A DNA stretch of 64,000 nt from Rebecca billardiae RCC1528. Lineage: Eukaryota > Protista > Haptophyta. The notes under the pieces are model-generated. The model searched no databases. It had not been told where the DNA came from and saw only the letters and a list, made by a program, of their open reading frames with translations. Shown here one piece after another: positions 27,001 through 30,048 of the stretch. The stretch's first letter is position 1, and every line of letters begins with the position of its first letter. The translations under genes were made by a program, and so were the position numbers. Where the stretch lies: NCBI GenBank assembly GCA_965240325.2, contig OZ251236.1, positions 434,001 to 498,000 on the forward strand. Direction: 5' to 3'.

Positions 27001-28331
27001 GGTGGCGGCGACGGCGGCGGCAAGGGAGGCGGCATCGGCGGTGGGGGCGAGGGCGGAGGCGACGGCGGAGGCGACGGCGGCGGCGACGGTGGCGGTGATG
27101 GCGGAGGCGACGGCGGAGGCGACGGCGGCGGGCTGGGTGGCGGCGAGGGCGGCGGCACGGGAGGCAGCATCGGCGGTGGGGGCGATGGCGGAGGCGACGG
27201 CGGCGGCGATGGTGGCGGTGATGGCGGAGGCGACGGCGGAGGCGACGGCGGCGGGCTGGGTGGCGGCGAGGGCGGCGGCGAGGGAGGCGGCATCGGCGGT
27301 GGGGGCGACGGCGGGGGCGACGGCGGAGGCGACGGTGGCGGCGATGGTGGGGGCGACGGCGGGGGCGACGGCGGCGGGCTCGGCGGCGGTGGGGACGGCG
27401 GTGGGGATGGTGGCGGCGACGGCGGCGGGCTGGGTGGCGGGCTCGGCGGCGGCGACGGCGGCGGTGACGGCGGCGGACTCGGTGGCGGCGACGGCGGCGG
27501 CAAGGGAGGCGGCATCGGCGGTGGGGGCGACGGCGGAGGTGACGGCGGCGGCGATGGTGGCGGGCTCGGTGGCGGCGACGGCGGCGGTGACGGCGGCGGA
27601 CTCGGTGGCGGCGAGGGCGGCGGCGAGGGAGGCGGCATCGGCGGTGGGGGCGACGGCGGAGGCGACGGCGGCGGCGACGGTGGCGGTGATGGCGGAGGCG
27701 ACGGCGGAGGCGACGGCGGCGGGCTCGGCGGCGGTGGCGACGGCGGTGGGGATGGCGGCGGCGACGGCGGCGGCGACGGCGGCGGCGAGGGCGGCAGCGT
27801 TGGCGGTGGGGGTGATGGCGGCGGCGACGGCGGCGGCGGCGGCGACGGAGGCGGCGATGGCGGCGATGGCGGTGGCGAGGGCGGCGGGGGTGACGGTGGG
27901 GGCGACGGCGGCGGTGGGGATGGTGGCGGGTTTGGCGGGGGCAATGGCGGTGGCGTGGGAGGCGGCGGGCTGGGCGGCGGGCTGGGCGGCGGGCTGGGCG
28001 GCGGGCTGGGCGCCTCCTGCAAGCCGCGCCGAGGTGCGGCCGCTGTGGGCGCTGCGCGTCCAGGCCCATCGGCCGGCTCTGGGCGTGTGCGCGCTGCGCC
28101 CATACTCGCACCGGGCGCAAGGCCTGAGCTCGGCCCGCCATGGCCAGCCCATCCCACCGGAGCAGCTGTGGCGCGGGGCCGCTTGAGGTGCGCGGCGCTC
28201 TCAGCGCCGCGCGCCCAGGGCAATATCGAGCGTGCGTGCGGCGCGTGGACGAGGGTGCCGTGCAGCGCTATGACAAGCACGAGCGCCGCGTGCATCGGGG
28301 CGTACACGGGGCGGACGCGCTGCGCCCGCAT
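1..28331 (-). CDS. Giant polycystin-1/REJ-GPS-like cell-surface receptor with extensin-like Ser-Pro rods (>=~9,400 aa; 3' end runs off the window). Exon 1 28331-1569, exon 2 1423-<1
   Basis: Manual translation of the minus frame (codon first base = 2 mod 3) stays in register at 28331, 26879, 17159, 15839, 6599, 4499, 1979 and 1619; no stop found at the candidate positions checked. N-terminus MRAQRVRPVYAPMHAALVLVIALHGTLVHA (signal peptide; alternative ATG 28295), then SPPP blocks, Cys repeats, IPT, REJ and GPS. After the intron: TMs MFYVVLALVLCHLLFLLLAFLV, FVQLVFNLLALQLVLQCLFF and VPILVAGVLSALIAWPALLFFRLVW. Confidence 0.9.
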   Translation of the reverse strand, partial: MRAQRVRPVYAPMHAALVLVIALHGTLVHAPHARSILPWARGAESAAHLKRPRATAAPVGWAGHGGPSSGLAPGASMGAARTRPEPADGPGRAAPTAAAPRRGLQEAPSPPPSPPPSPPPSPPPPTPPPLPPPNPPPSPPPPSPPPSPPPPSPPPSPPSPPPSPPPPPSPPPSPPPPTLPPSPPPSPPPSPPPSPPPSPPPPSPPPSPPPSPPPSPPPSPPPSPPPSPPPPMPPPSPPPSPPPSPPPSPPPSPPPSPPPSPPPSPPPSPPPPMPPPLPPPSPPPSPPPSPPPSPPPSPPPSPPPSPPPSPPPSPPPPSPPPSPPPSPPPSPPPSPPPSPPPSPPPPMPPPSPPPSPPPSPPPSPPPSPPPSPPPSPPPSPPPSPPPPMLPPVPPPSPPPSPPPSPPPSPPPSPPPSPPPSPPPSPPPSPPPPMPPPLPPPSPPPSPPPSPPPSPPPSPPPSPPPSPPPSPPPSPPPPSPPPSPPPSPPPLPPPSPPPSPQPSPPPSSPPSPPPSPPPPMPPPSPPPSPPPSPPPSPPPSPPPSPPPVSPAPPPSPPPNPPPSPPPSPPPSPPPPTPPPLPPPSPPPSPPPSPPPSPPPPSPPPSPPPSPPPPVPPPSPPPSPPPSSPPSPPPAAASPPPSPPPSPPPTPPPSPPPSPPPPSPPPSPPPSPPPTPPPSPPPSPPPSPPPSPPPSPPPSPPPPLPPPSPPPSPPPSPPPSPPPDSPSPPPSPPPSPPPSPPPSPPPSPPPPSPSPSPPPSPPPSLPPSPPPSPPPSPPPSPPPSPPPSPPPSPPPPSSPPSPPPSPPPSPPPSPPPSPPPSPPPPSPPPSPPPSPPPSPPPSPPPSAPPSPPPSPPPSPPPSPPPSPPPSPPPSPPPSPPPSPPPPSPPPSPPPNTPPSPPPSPPPSPPPSPPPPIPPPSPPPSPPPSPPPTAPQPPPSPPPSPLASPPPPSPSPPPPSPSPPPSPPSPPPSPPPSPPPSPPPSPPPSPPPSPPPPIPPPSPPPSPPPSPPPSPPPSRPPSPPPSPPPSPPPSPPPSPPPSPPPSPPPSPPPSPPPPSPPPSPPPNPPPSPPPSPPPSPPPSPPPPIPPPSPPPSPPPSPPPTAPQPPPSPPPSPLASPPPPSPSPPPPSPSPPPSPPSPPPSPPPSPPPSPPPSPPPSPPPSPPPPIPPPSPPPSPPPSPPPSPPPSRPPSPPPSPPPSPPPSPPPSPPPSPPPSPPPSPPPSPPPPSPPPSPPPNPPPSPPPWPPPSPPPSPPPPIPPPSPPPSPPPSPPPTAPQPPPSPPPSPLASPPPPSPSPPPPSPSPPPSPPSPPPSPPPSPPPSPPPSPPPSPPPSPPPPIPPPSPPPSPPPSPPPSPPPSRPPSPPPSPPPSPPPSPPPSPPPSPPPSPPPSPPPSPPPPSPPPSPPPNPPPSPPPSPPPSPPPSPPPPIPPPSPPPSPPPSPPPTAPQPPPSPPPSPLASPPPPSPSPPPPSPSPPPSPPSPPPSPPPSPPPSPPPSPPPSPPPSPPPPSLPPSPPPSPPPSPPPSPPPSAPPSPPPSPPPSRPPSPPPSPPPSPPPSPPPSPPPSPPPPSPPPSPPPSPPPSPPPSPPPSPPPSPPPPIPPPSPPPSPPPSPPPTAPQPPPSPPPSPLASPPPPSPSPPPPSPSPPPSPPSPPPSPPPSPPPSPPPSPPPSPPPSPPPPSLPPSPPPSPPPSPPPSPPPSRPPSPPPSPPPSPPPSPPPSPPPSPPLSPPPSPPPSPPPPSPPPSPPPDPPPSPPPSPPPSPPPSPPPPIPPPSPPPSPPPSPPPTAPQPPPSPPPSPLASPPPPSPSPPPPSPSPPPSPPSPPPSPPPSPPPSPPPSPPPSPPPSPPPPSLPPSPPPSPPPSPPPSPPPSAPPSPPPSPPPSPPPSPPPSPPPSPPPSPPPSPPPSLPPPSPPPSPPPSPPPSPPPTPPPSPPPSPPPPIPPPSPPPLPPPSPPPTAPQPPPSPPPSPLASPPPPSPSPPPPSPSPPPSPPSPPPSPPPSPPPSPPPSPPPSPPPSPPPPSLPPSPPPSPPPSPPPSPPPSRPPSPPPSPPPSPPPSPPPSPPPSPPPSPPPSPPPSPPPPSPPPSPPPNPPPSPPPSPPPSPPPSPPPPIPPPSPPPSPPPSPPPTAPQPPPSPPPSPLASPPPPSPSPPPPSPSPPPSPPSPPPSPPPSPPPSPPPSPPPSPPPSPPPPSPPPSPPPSPPPSPPPSPPPSAPPSPPPSPPPSPPPSPPPSPPPSPPPSPPPSPPPSPPPPSPPPSPPPNPPPSPPPSPPPSPPPSPPPPIPPPSPPPSPPPSPPPTAPQPPPSPPPSPLASPPPPSPSPPPPSPSPPPSPPSPPPSPPPSPPPSPPPSPPPSPPPSPPPPSPPPSPPPSPPPSPPPSPPPSAPPSPPPSPPPSPPPSPPPSPPPSPPPSPPPSPPPSPPPPSPPPSPPPSPPPSPPPTPPPSPPPSPPPPIPPPSPPPSPPPSPPPTAPQPPPSPPPSPLASPPPPSPSPPPPSPSPPPSPPSPPPSPPPSPPPSPPPSPPPSPPPSPPPPSPPPSPPPSPPPSPPPSPPPSAPPSPPPSPPPSPPPSPPPSPPPSPPPSPPPSPPPSPPPPSPPPSPPPSPPPSPPPTPPPSPPPSPPPPIPPPSPPPSPPPSPPPTAPQPPPSPPPSPLASPPPPSPSPPPPSPSPPPSPPSPPPSPPPSPPPSPPPSPPPSPPPSPPPPSPPPSPPPSPPPSPPPSPPPSAPPTPPPSPPPSRPPSPPPSPPPSPPPSPPPSPPPSPPPPSPPPSPPPSPPPSPPPSPPPSPPPSPPPPIPPPSPPPSPPPSPPPTAPQPPPSPPPSPLASPPPPSPSPPPPSPSPPPSPPSPPPSPPPSPPPSPPPSPPPSPPPSPPPPSPPPSPPPSPPPSPPPSPPPSAPPSPPPSPPPSPPPSPPPSPPPSPPPSPPPSPPPSPPPPSPPPSPPPSPPPSPPPTPPPSPPPSPPPPIPPPSPPPSPPPSPPPTAPQPPPSPPPSPLASPPPPSPSPPPPSPSPPPSPPSPPPSPPPSPPPWPPPSPPPSPPPSPPPPSPPPSPPPSPPPSPPPSPPPSAPPTPPPSPPPSRPPSPPPSPPPSPPPSPPPSPPPSPPPPSPPPSPPPSPPPSPPPTPPPSPPPSPPPPIPPPSPPPSPPPSPPPTAPQPPPSPPPSPLASPPPPSPSPPPPSPSPPPSPPSPPPSPPPSPPPSPPPSPPPSPPPSPPPSPPPPSLPPSPPPSPPPSPPPSPPPSAPPSPPPSPPPSPPPSPPPSPPPSPPPSPPPSPPPSPPPPSPPPSPPPSPPPSPPPTPPPSPPPSPPPPIPPPSPPPSPPPSPPPTAPQPPPSPPPSPLASPPPPSPSPPPPSPSPPPSPPSPPPSPPPSPPPSPPPSPPPSPPPSPPPPSPPPSPPPSPPPSPPPSPPPSAPPSPPPSPPPSPPPSPPPSPPPSPPPSPPPSPPPSPPPPSPPPSPPPNPPPSPPPSPPPSPPPSPPPPIPPPIPPPSPPPSPPPTTQQPPPSPPPSPPPSPPPPSPPPPPPPSPPPTPPPSPPPPSPPPPPPPSPPPSPPSPSPPPSPPPSPPPSPPPSPPPLRPPSPPPSRPPPSSPPSPPPAPPPSPPPSPPPSPPPPLPSPPPSPLPLPPPSPPPSPPPMAPTPPPNPPPSPPPSPPPSPPPPSPPPSPPPPSRPPPLPPPSPPPSPPPPLPPPSPPPPSPPPSPPPPSPPPSPPPPAPPPSPPPPNFGCTDPVSLSYDSLATVLDPAPGTCVYAVRGCTAPRASNYNSRADVDNGKCTFPVFGCMATGALNYNSTATRQSACVFPVLGCTDSTALNFRAAANVDDGSCIAAVSGCMATRATNYDSSANVDDGSCVYPVRGCTDSTALNYRSAATADDGGCIVPVGGCLLTDALNYDSVATHQTWFSCLMPVLGCTDSSAYNYREAATLDDGGCIAKPGRRRLLSARHGRRLAAGCTVPSAANYDSAADSDDGSCVFSVQGCTDSTAENYDSGADTDDGTCEYAGCTDSTASNFDSTADVLDVTCEYTDVDGCANSLAENYLSSATVDDGTCVLRGCTSSSAANYDSSATDDDGSCQQEELGCTDSAASNYVSAATADDGGCVHFGCTNATATNFDSTANTDDGSCVEPTLGCADTLASNYDSSVTDDDGSCRYPGCQDSTAKNFWSTANFPDGLCEYYSPPPSPPSPPPSPPPSPPPSPPPSPPPSPPPSPPPSPPPSPPPPVPPPSPPPSPPPSPPPSPPPGPPPSPPPSPPPSPPPSPPPGPPPSPPPNPPPSPPPPLPPPSPPPSPPPPSPPPSPPPSPPSPPPSPPPSPPPSPPPAPPPPPRTLPFPPPSPPSPPPSPPPSPPPSPPPSPPPSPPPSPPPSPPPSPPPSPPPSPPPSPPPSSPPSPPPSPPPSPPPSPPPSPPPSPPPSPPPSSPPSPPPSPPPSPPPSPPPSPPPSPPPSPPPPVPPPSPPPSPPPSPPPAPPPSPPPSPPPSPPPSPPPSPPPPSPPPSPPPAPPPSPPPSPPPSPPPSPPPPSPPPSPPPSPPPSPPPSPPPSPPPSPPPPASAPAPPPSPPPSPPPSPPPAPPPSPPPSPPPSPPPPSTPPSPPPSPPPPAPPPSPPPSPPPPSPPPSPPPSPPPPSPPPSPPPSPPPPSPPPSPPPSPPPPSPPPSPPPAPPPSPPPSPPPAPPPSPPPPSPPPSPPPSPPPPSPPPSPPPSPPPSPPPSPPPSPPPSPPPPSPPPSPPPSPPPPSPPPSPPPSPPPPSPPPSPPPSPPPSPPPSPPPRPPPPPRVQPFPPPSPPAPPPSPPPSPPPAPPPSPPPSPPPSPPPSPPPPWPPPSPPPSPPPPSPPPSPPPSPPPPSPPPSPPPSPPPPSPPPSPPPSPPPPSPPPSPPPAPPPSPPPSPPPSPPPSPPPPSPPPSPPPSPPPPSPPPSPPPSPPPPSPPPSPPPSPPPSPPPSPPPPSPPPIPPPSPPPSPPPPSPPPSPPPSPPPPSPPPSPPPSPPPPSPPPSPPPGPPPSPPPSPPPSPPPSPPPPSPPPSPPPSPPPPSPPPSPPPSPPPPSPPPSPPPSPPPPSPPPLPPPVPPPSPPPSPPPSPPPSPPPPTPPPSPPPSPPPPATGPLPPPSPPPSPPPNPPPSPPPPSPPPSPPPSPPPPSPPPSPPPSPPPPSPPPSPPPSPPPPSPPPSPPPSPPPPSPPPSPPPSPPPSLPPTPPPSPPPSPPPPSPPPSPPPSPPPPSPPPSPPPSPPPPLPPPSPPPSPPPPSPPPLPPPSPPPPSPPPSPPPSPPPPSPPPSPPPAPPPSPPPSPPPLPPPPPRMLPFPPPSPPAPPPSPPPSPPPSPPPSPPPSPPPSPPPSPPPPSPPPSPPPSPPPPSPPPSPPPSPPPPSPPPSPPPSPPPPSPPPSPPPSPPPRPPPRPPPSPPPSPPPPAPPPSPPPSPPPPSPPPSPPPSPPPPSPPPSPPPSPPPPSPPPSPPPSPPPPSPPPSPPPSPPPPSPPPAPPPSPPPPTPPPSPPPSPPPPATAPVPPPSPPPSPPPAPPPSPPPPSPPPSPPPSPPPPSPPPTPPPSPPPPSPPPRPPPSPPPPSPPPSPPPSPPPPSPPPSPPPSPPPSPPPSPPPSPPPSPPPPSPPPSPPPSPPPPSPPPSPPPSPPPPSPPPSPPPSPPPPSPPPSPPPSPPPPSPPPYPPPAPPPSPPPSPPPLPPPPPRMLPFPPPSPPAPPPSPPPSPPPSPPPSPPPSPPPSPPPSPPPPSPPPSPPPSPPPPSPPPSPPPSPPPPSPPPSPPPSPPPPSPPPSPPPSPPPRPPPRPPPSPPPSPPPPAPPPSPPPSPPPPSPPPSPPPSPPPPSPPPSPPPSPPPPSPPPSPPPSPPPPSPPPSPPPSPPPPSPPPAPPPSPPPPTPPPSPPPSPPPPATAPVPPPSPPPSPPPAPPPSPPPPSPPPSPPPSPPPPSPPPTPPPSPPPPSPPPRPPPSPPPPSPPPSPPPSPPPPSPPPSPPPSPPPSPPPSPPPSPPPSPPPPSPPPSPPPSPPPPSPPPSPPPSPPPPSPPPSPPPSPPPPSPPPSPPPSPPPPSPPPSPPPSPPPPSPPPSPPPAPPPSPPPSPPPLPPPPPRMLPFPPPSPPAPPPSPPPSPPPSPPPSPPPSPPPSPPPSPPPPSPPPSPPPSPPPPSPPPSPPPSPPPPSPPPSPPPSPPPPSPPPSPPPSPPPPSPPPSPPPSPPPPSPPPSPPPSPPPPSPPPSPPPSLPPSPPPRPPPSPPPSPPPPSPPPSPPPSPPPPSPPPSPPPSPPPPSPPPSPPPSPPPPSPPPSPPPSPPPPSPPPSPPPSPPPPSPPPSPPPAPPPSPPPSPPPLPPPPPRMLPFPPPSPPAPPPSPPPSPPPSPPPSPPPSPPPSPPPSPPPPSPPPSPPPSPPPPSPPPSPPPSPPPPSPPPSPPPSPPPPSPPPSPPPSPPPPSPPPAPPPSPPPPTPPPSPPPSPPPPATAPLPPPSPPPAPPPSPPPPSPPPSPPPSPPPPSPPPLPPPSPPPPSPPPSPPPSPPPPSPPPSPPPSPPPPSPPPLPPPSPPPPSPPPSPPPSPPPPSPPPLPPPSPPPPSPPPSPPPSPPPPSPPPSPPPTPPPSPPPSPPPLPPPPPRMLPFPPPSPPAPPPSPPPSPPPSPPPSPPPSPPPSPPPSPPPRPPPSPPPSPPPSPPPPSPPPSPPPSPPPPSPPPSPPPSPPPPSPPPSPPPSPPPPSPPPSPPPSPPPPSPPPSPPPSPPPSPPPSPPPSPPPSPPPPSPPPSPPPSPPPPSPPPSPPPSPPPPSPPPSPPPSPPPPSPPPSPPPSPPPPSPPPSPPPSPPPPSPPPSPPPSPPPPSPPPSPPPSPPPPTPPPSPPPSSPPPATAPLPPPSPPPSPPPARPPSPPPSPPPSPPPALPPSPPPSPPPSPPPLPPPSPPPSPPPRPPPSPPPSPPPSPPPSPPPSPPPSPPPSPPPSPPPSPPPSPPPSPPPRPPPSPPPSPPPSPPPSPPPSPPPSPPPSPPPSPPPSPPPSPPPSPPPSPPPSPPPSPPPSPPPSPPPSPPPSPPPSPPPSPPPSPPPSPPPSPPPSPPPSPPPSPPPSPPPSPPPSPPPSPPPSPPPSPPPSPPPSPPPSPPPSPPPSPPPSPPPSPPPSPPPSPPPSPPPSPPPSPPPSPPPSPPPSPPPSPPPSPPPSPPPSPPPSPPPSPPPSPPPSPPPSPPPSPPPSPPPSPPPSPPPSPPPSPPPSPPPSPPPSPPPSPPPSPPPSPPPRPPPFPPPSPPPSPPPTPPPSPPPSPPPLPPPPPRTEPFPPPAPPSPPLPALALISITSFAPLGAALGRPTNLTLNGTGFLPAAHHAAGMSCELAPRDVVADPVVGSVTAVTATSLVCEIAASAAPTVLSDDVRVRVLAPAGQEPASADAPAPLVFYDADAQRPAAVSPAGAPAGLESPPQLVRVRAPPELVAAEGGYVDYGGLRCEFGVFGTVEATLTGSADALLCSAPRVSPSALTAADGSGAQVAVEVSLNGQAYSTGGADGGAPFVFYSAVVEAAEPSGAPAGAPLPVTLSGSGFVDLGAGVASCTFNSTAAGGGGGAHVVRANVTGTGEAVCAALPASASVGAYSVSLALDGATPLEPLFDAPTFSLYNSSGLRVIAISPPGGPVAGGAVVTLVGAGFAAYGGDALCCVLLRRWPAGSAADDAAEAALDAGGAPCAAPATLLPPRASDGSTRARCTLPAASAVGALNGSAQAVANLSLAAFSASLELSLNAGAPRSLTRARLPFALYAPPAVTSVAPPSGLASGGDRVVVRGSGFTALAHTLARARDDGGAGAVGTGEDATDSPGLDPADVRAAAAAVLRVRLGDSSQPALSARAVNDTAIALTTAWGREGVAPVLVSLNGRQYSAADDAARGGTGASFDFIGIHAPEVISATFADDASDLRIVLDGQPTDRAGMIGLQPCAAALDDATVARIQGSFGTPPNCFWQDDSTLIAELNYLTDLRPGDTVALRPGAIGPAALPAGSCPGHELCSNSTAVIDEDAPCGEGGCPTPVAAISAVAELSLCAGETLRLDGSASSGGGIVPLTYSWRVDASRSDGAAALRAALLGQTSAVVSLSSALPTSGTMVFLLRVTSFLGATSAATRWTVTRGSGASPAVDVDGPFLRAARPDVATVLLARAALAECWPSALSGEVAFAWQIESAVRTSSGAALADPTAPLDALPAGSAAQPSLLLPAGALSAGASYTFAVRASMAALPSASAVARVRVAVSELAPRALIAGGDRTLSEASALRLDGSASVDADGDTAGLAAYAWAAARLNATSGAEIAASLGSLGATGGSSALLDVGAGALSGGATYRFTLTVTASTGASGAASVDVSVLSANVPTLSIEPLARAKYNPTWTLPSARVAIVGSVDAASALLQAQGLAAYNYAWRARAVSAAGALVDAGLDLSADLTDTTTGDAQPNLAFRSGALAAGTLYAFELTVRGGDAPATAEVRVQMNRPPFGGALVASPAAGVAAVTLFSLSAPGWADDPEDLPLRYTFGYEGGSGSREPLTEALAATSATAFLPSGARLATVAVADVHAGVAAGSAAVDVADAAAADLETLLARAEAAVALGDTDKAQQLLHALALVSAPDPAATAANRRALALNGSSGFLNGTAADCAPFNATVGARMVELAGLAIGASANTEPNRAQAARTLAAIVGAGVDVLAGQTQADVLTLLAVLLSGALAEGSDDATASGALGTLSTVLGANASAVGEALSRTIGERAALGASRLGLSFLAGGVTGEVSRDALGAHVQLRATRLTQAATENGTLGGPAGSGVALALPPGSLDAAAAAVSGGLSAGVDIVIYATLRNLYAPPGLGGPFANESTGLGDGVVETALVAVELADGASGSALGVSNLSTAARIALPPADPATPASAWTCVFWDEDELAWSTDGCEARTDAATGERACVCDHLTTFAGLRFAESPGVPEVRARAPRHAAPTPGQAGRRARANACAHARARAPSLRACARSPPARARAGVCGGGGGGVSRARSRRRRRRLGRRRRQPRRPPPLAHVLRRPRACAVPSSLSAAGVFGGPSAGAAGGGGGGEGGGDGAVAHAGGGARPAARARAEPVAPALAAALAAAARAGAAGTARCAARRRRPLARRRRRAELRAARRPLAAGAALGGGVRVRARARAAPHRVRPARLQPPRAAARAAVPLLPRRRPRLQSRGRARADGRDGGGGGDGRAVRGAGGVGAGRRADPRRGGPQRAHRVARPPLLPPRLGRLTAAPTLLRGPAGGGAAQYCVRPLRRRAGPLLVRRAGRVRAGRGAAERRRVRRRRALGRAPAQLWRRRQPAQLRGLGRRRRVALPARAVARGLARRGAGGAGARGGRGAGAARGIARRGGRRARRARGRDSGNAVHAAARARECRRAAAAARAAAAARAAAARAAAGGRRRGRAGRGAAAALHHGRARLRLLLRPRPHRSRLDRRHRPPRAPHKTVLCFAARV
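1424..1568 (-). other. Spliceosomal intron (145 nt) between the GPS motif and TM1 of the giant gene
   Basis: Donor GAG|GTGCGC at 1568, acceptor CGCAG|GAG at 1424, (GC)n-rich interior. Splicing shifts the frame into the TM-encoding exon (EFAEEVEAASRGRARDDDD...). Confidence 0.8.
1599..1718 (-). other. GPS (GAIN-domain autoproteolysis) motif
   Basis: CVFWDEDELAWSTDGCEARTDAATGERACVCDHL|TTFAGL matches the C-x-F-W...W...GC...C-x-C-x-H-L-T-x-F consensus. Confidence 0.92.
2740..4330 (-). other. REJ domain region of the giant protein (boundaries approximate)
   Basis: LRLDGSASxDxD, YxW and LxxGxxYxFxLxV modules, plus NRPPFGGALVASPAAGVAAVTLFSLSAPGWADDPEDLPLRYTFGY, typical of the REJ C-terminal part. 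Confidence 0.85.
5110..6500 (-). other. About four tandem IPT/TIG-like Ig domains (boundaries approximate)
   Basis: ITSFAPLGAALGRPTNLTLNGTGF; VEVSLNGQAYS..PFVFY; AEPSGAPAGAPLPVTLSGSGF; VIAISPPGGPVAGGAVVTLVGAGF. Confidence 0.75.
6505..15804 (-). repeat. Ser-Pro3/Pro4 extensin-like block B (~3,100 codons) with higher-order 0.7-1.2 kb duplications
   Basis: Continuous SPPP/SPPPP coding. Anchor motif R-[MTV]-[LEQ]-P-F-P recurs near 6545, 8536, 9355, 10081, 11281, 12442, 14005 and 15350; 10081-11280 and 11281-12441 are near-copies. Confidence 0.9.
15810..17159 (-). repeat. 17 Cys-rich GC(T/M)DxxAxN(Y/F)xxxAxxDDGSC repeats
   Basis: Translated units such as GCTDSTALNYRSAATADDGGC and GCTDSTAENYDSGADTDDGTC; 8 units, then RRRLLSARHGRRLA, then 9 units. 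Confidence 0.9.
17162..28010 (-). repeat. Ser-Pro extensin-like block A (~3,600 codons) containing a 513-bp (171-aa) tandem array, 15 full units at ~18185-25891
   Basis: Anchor gacgccagaggcgaa and the + strand shadow ORF starts recur every 513 bp (one 525-bp unit); units are near-identical. Confidence 0.93.
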
Positions 28332-28584
28332 CTGCGATAGTCGGCGCGCGACGAGGAGACGCGGCAGCTGCGCTGCTCCTTGCGGCTGACCGCTGTGTTC
28401 AGCGCCGTGGCGCAGTGGAGGCGCCGCTGGATTGTGATGGAGTTTGCGGCACCGGCGAGAATCAATCTCGGTCCTGCGGCGGACCCAGGTCAGGCGCAGA
28501 ACCGCCCGGACTTCGCCGCGGCAAACGGCCGCCCCGGCTGTGCTCAACATTTGCGGCTGCTGGCTTGAGCAGTGGCTTTATTTC

Positions 28585-29280
28585 CAGGTGCATCTAATCT
28601 CCCGTAACGGTCGAGCACCCCTCGCTAGGCGAGGGGTGCGGCGGAAACGACAGTGGAAACCCGGGGACTTTGTCCCCGCGCCCCTATCGCGGGCTCTGGC
28701 GCGCGAACGCTTTGTCACTACTGGCTCCCCGAGGTGGAGAGCGGCGCTCCGTGCACCAACAAAGACATCCCCAGCCGCATGTTGCCACTCGACACCTCGT
28801 CTCGCCTCGCGCGGAGCCAACTTGTCGTGTGCGGGAGCCACCCGTAGCACACTGGGCCGTGTAGCGACGCGCGTGGCGGGTCAACAGTGCATCGCGAAGG
28901 CGTCGCACGCGCAATCCGTTGAGTACATACTCATGTCTGTCCCATGGCACGTCGTGCGCCGCCGTGTGCGCCGAGGCACTCCCGACTCGCGACGCGCCGC
29001 GTGCAGCACACAGCCTGTGCTTCGGGTAGCTCCCGCACACCACAAGTTGGCTCCGCGCGAGGCGAGACGAGGTGTCGAGTGGCAACATGCGGCTGGGGAT
29101 GTCTTTGTTGGTGCACGGAGCGCCGCTCTCCACCTCGGGGATCCAGTAGTGACAAAGCGTTCGCGCGCCAGAGCCCGCGATAGGGGCGCGGGGACAAAGT
29201 CCCCGGGTTTCCACTGTTGTTTCTGTTGGCGGTGTCGCAGAGCGACCCGCCGGCCGTTACAGGGCCATTAGAAGGCGGTG
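28585..29280. mobile_element. Non-autonomous foldback/MULE-like TIR element (696 bp) just upstream of the giant gene
   Basis: ~200-bp near-perfect inverted arms 28650-28851 / 29016-29217; imperfect outer TIR (CA..TCTAAT..GTAACGG); 9-bp direct repeat ctttatttc at 28576-28584 and 29281-29289. Confidence 0.8.
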
Positions 29281-29579
29281 CTTTATTTCGCTTTTTATTG
29301 CGCTGCTGGTTTTATCGCGCGTCATCTGCCAGCTAATTTATTTCGCGCTGCTGTGGACTGCATCTGAGTGCATGGACTGTGGTGGACGTCGACACATCAG
29401 TGAGGCCCCGGCGCCCGTGGAGGCTGGCTTCCTAAGTCTATCATGCCAGCAGGTACTTGCCCAGGTGAGGCAGAACCACGTTGCCACCACCAGCCGCCCG
29501 CGCCGCCGCTCGCCCGTCAGGCAGCCCGTCAGGCAATAAGGCATCACCCCGATTCGCCGTCCGCTGACTGCGTGGCTGA

Positions 29580-30013
29580 TCATGCCGAGGAGGCGTCCGA
29601 GAGCCGAGCAAGCGACTTTGCGCGGTCCATCAGCGGCCGCGGCTTCTTGAACGCGGGCTTGGACGCGATCGCCGCGGCCAGCGAGCCGCGCCGCCCGGAC
29701 GCGCAGCTGCTCGTCGACGCGCGGCGCGTCGAGCCGCTTTGCTCGACGCTGTCGCCGCCCGCGCCCGCCTCGACGTCGGCCGGCGGACCGCGCGCGCGCC
29801 ACGCGCCGCGCGCCCCATCCTCGCCCTTCTGCACGATCGCGGTGAATGCGTGGAAGATGACGGGGTTGAACGTGTCGAGGGGGCCGTAGCCCTGCTCGAT
29901 CATCGCGAGGAGGCGCGACTTGTCGTCGGCGAGCGCGCACTTGCAATCGCGCACGTCGAAGTTGCGCACGCGCTCGAGCCAGACATCGTGCCGCGTGGAC
30001 GCGCGCGAGAGCT

Positions 30014-30048
<35 letters not shown>

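Noticed and set aside
6389-28141. Arg-rich minus-strand ORFs, Ala-rich ORFs and the repeated 157-aa + ORFs
   Set aside because: Alternative frames of the same GC-rich repeat with no domain content.
28444-29271. Mirror-image ORFs here and at 42419-43640
   Set aside because: By-products of inverted-repeat arms; no transposase motifs.
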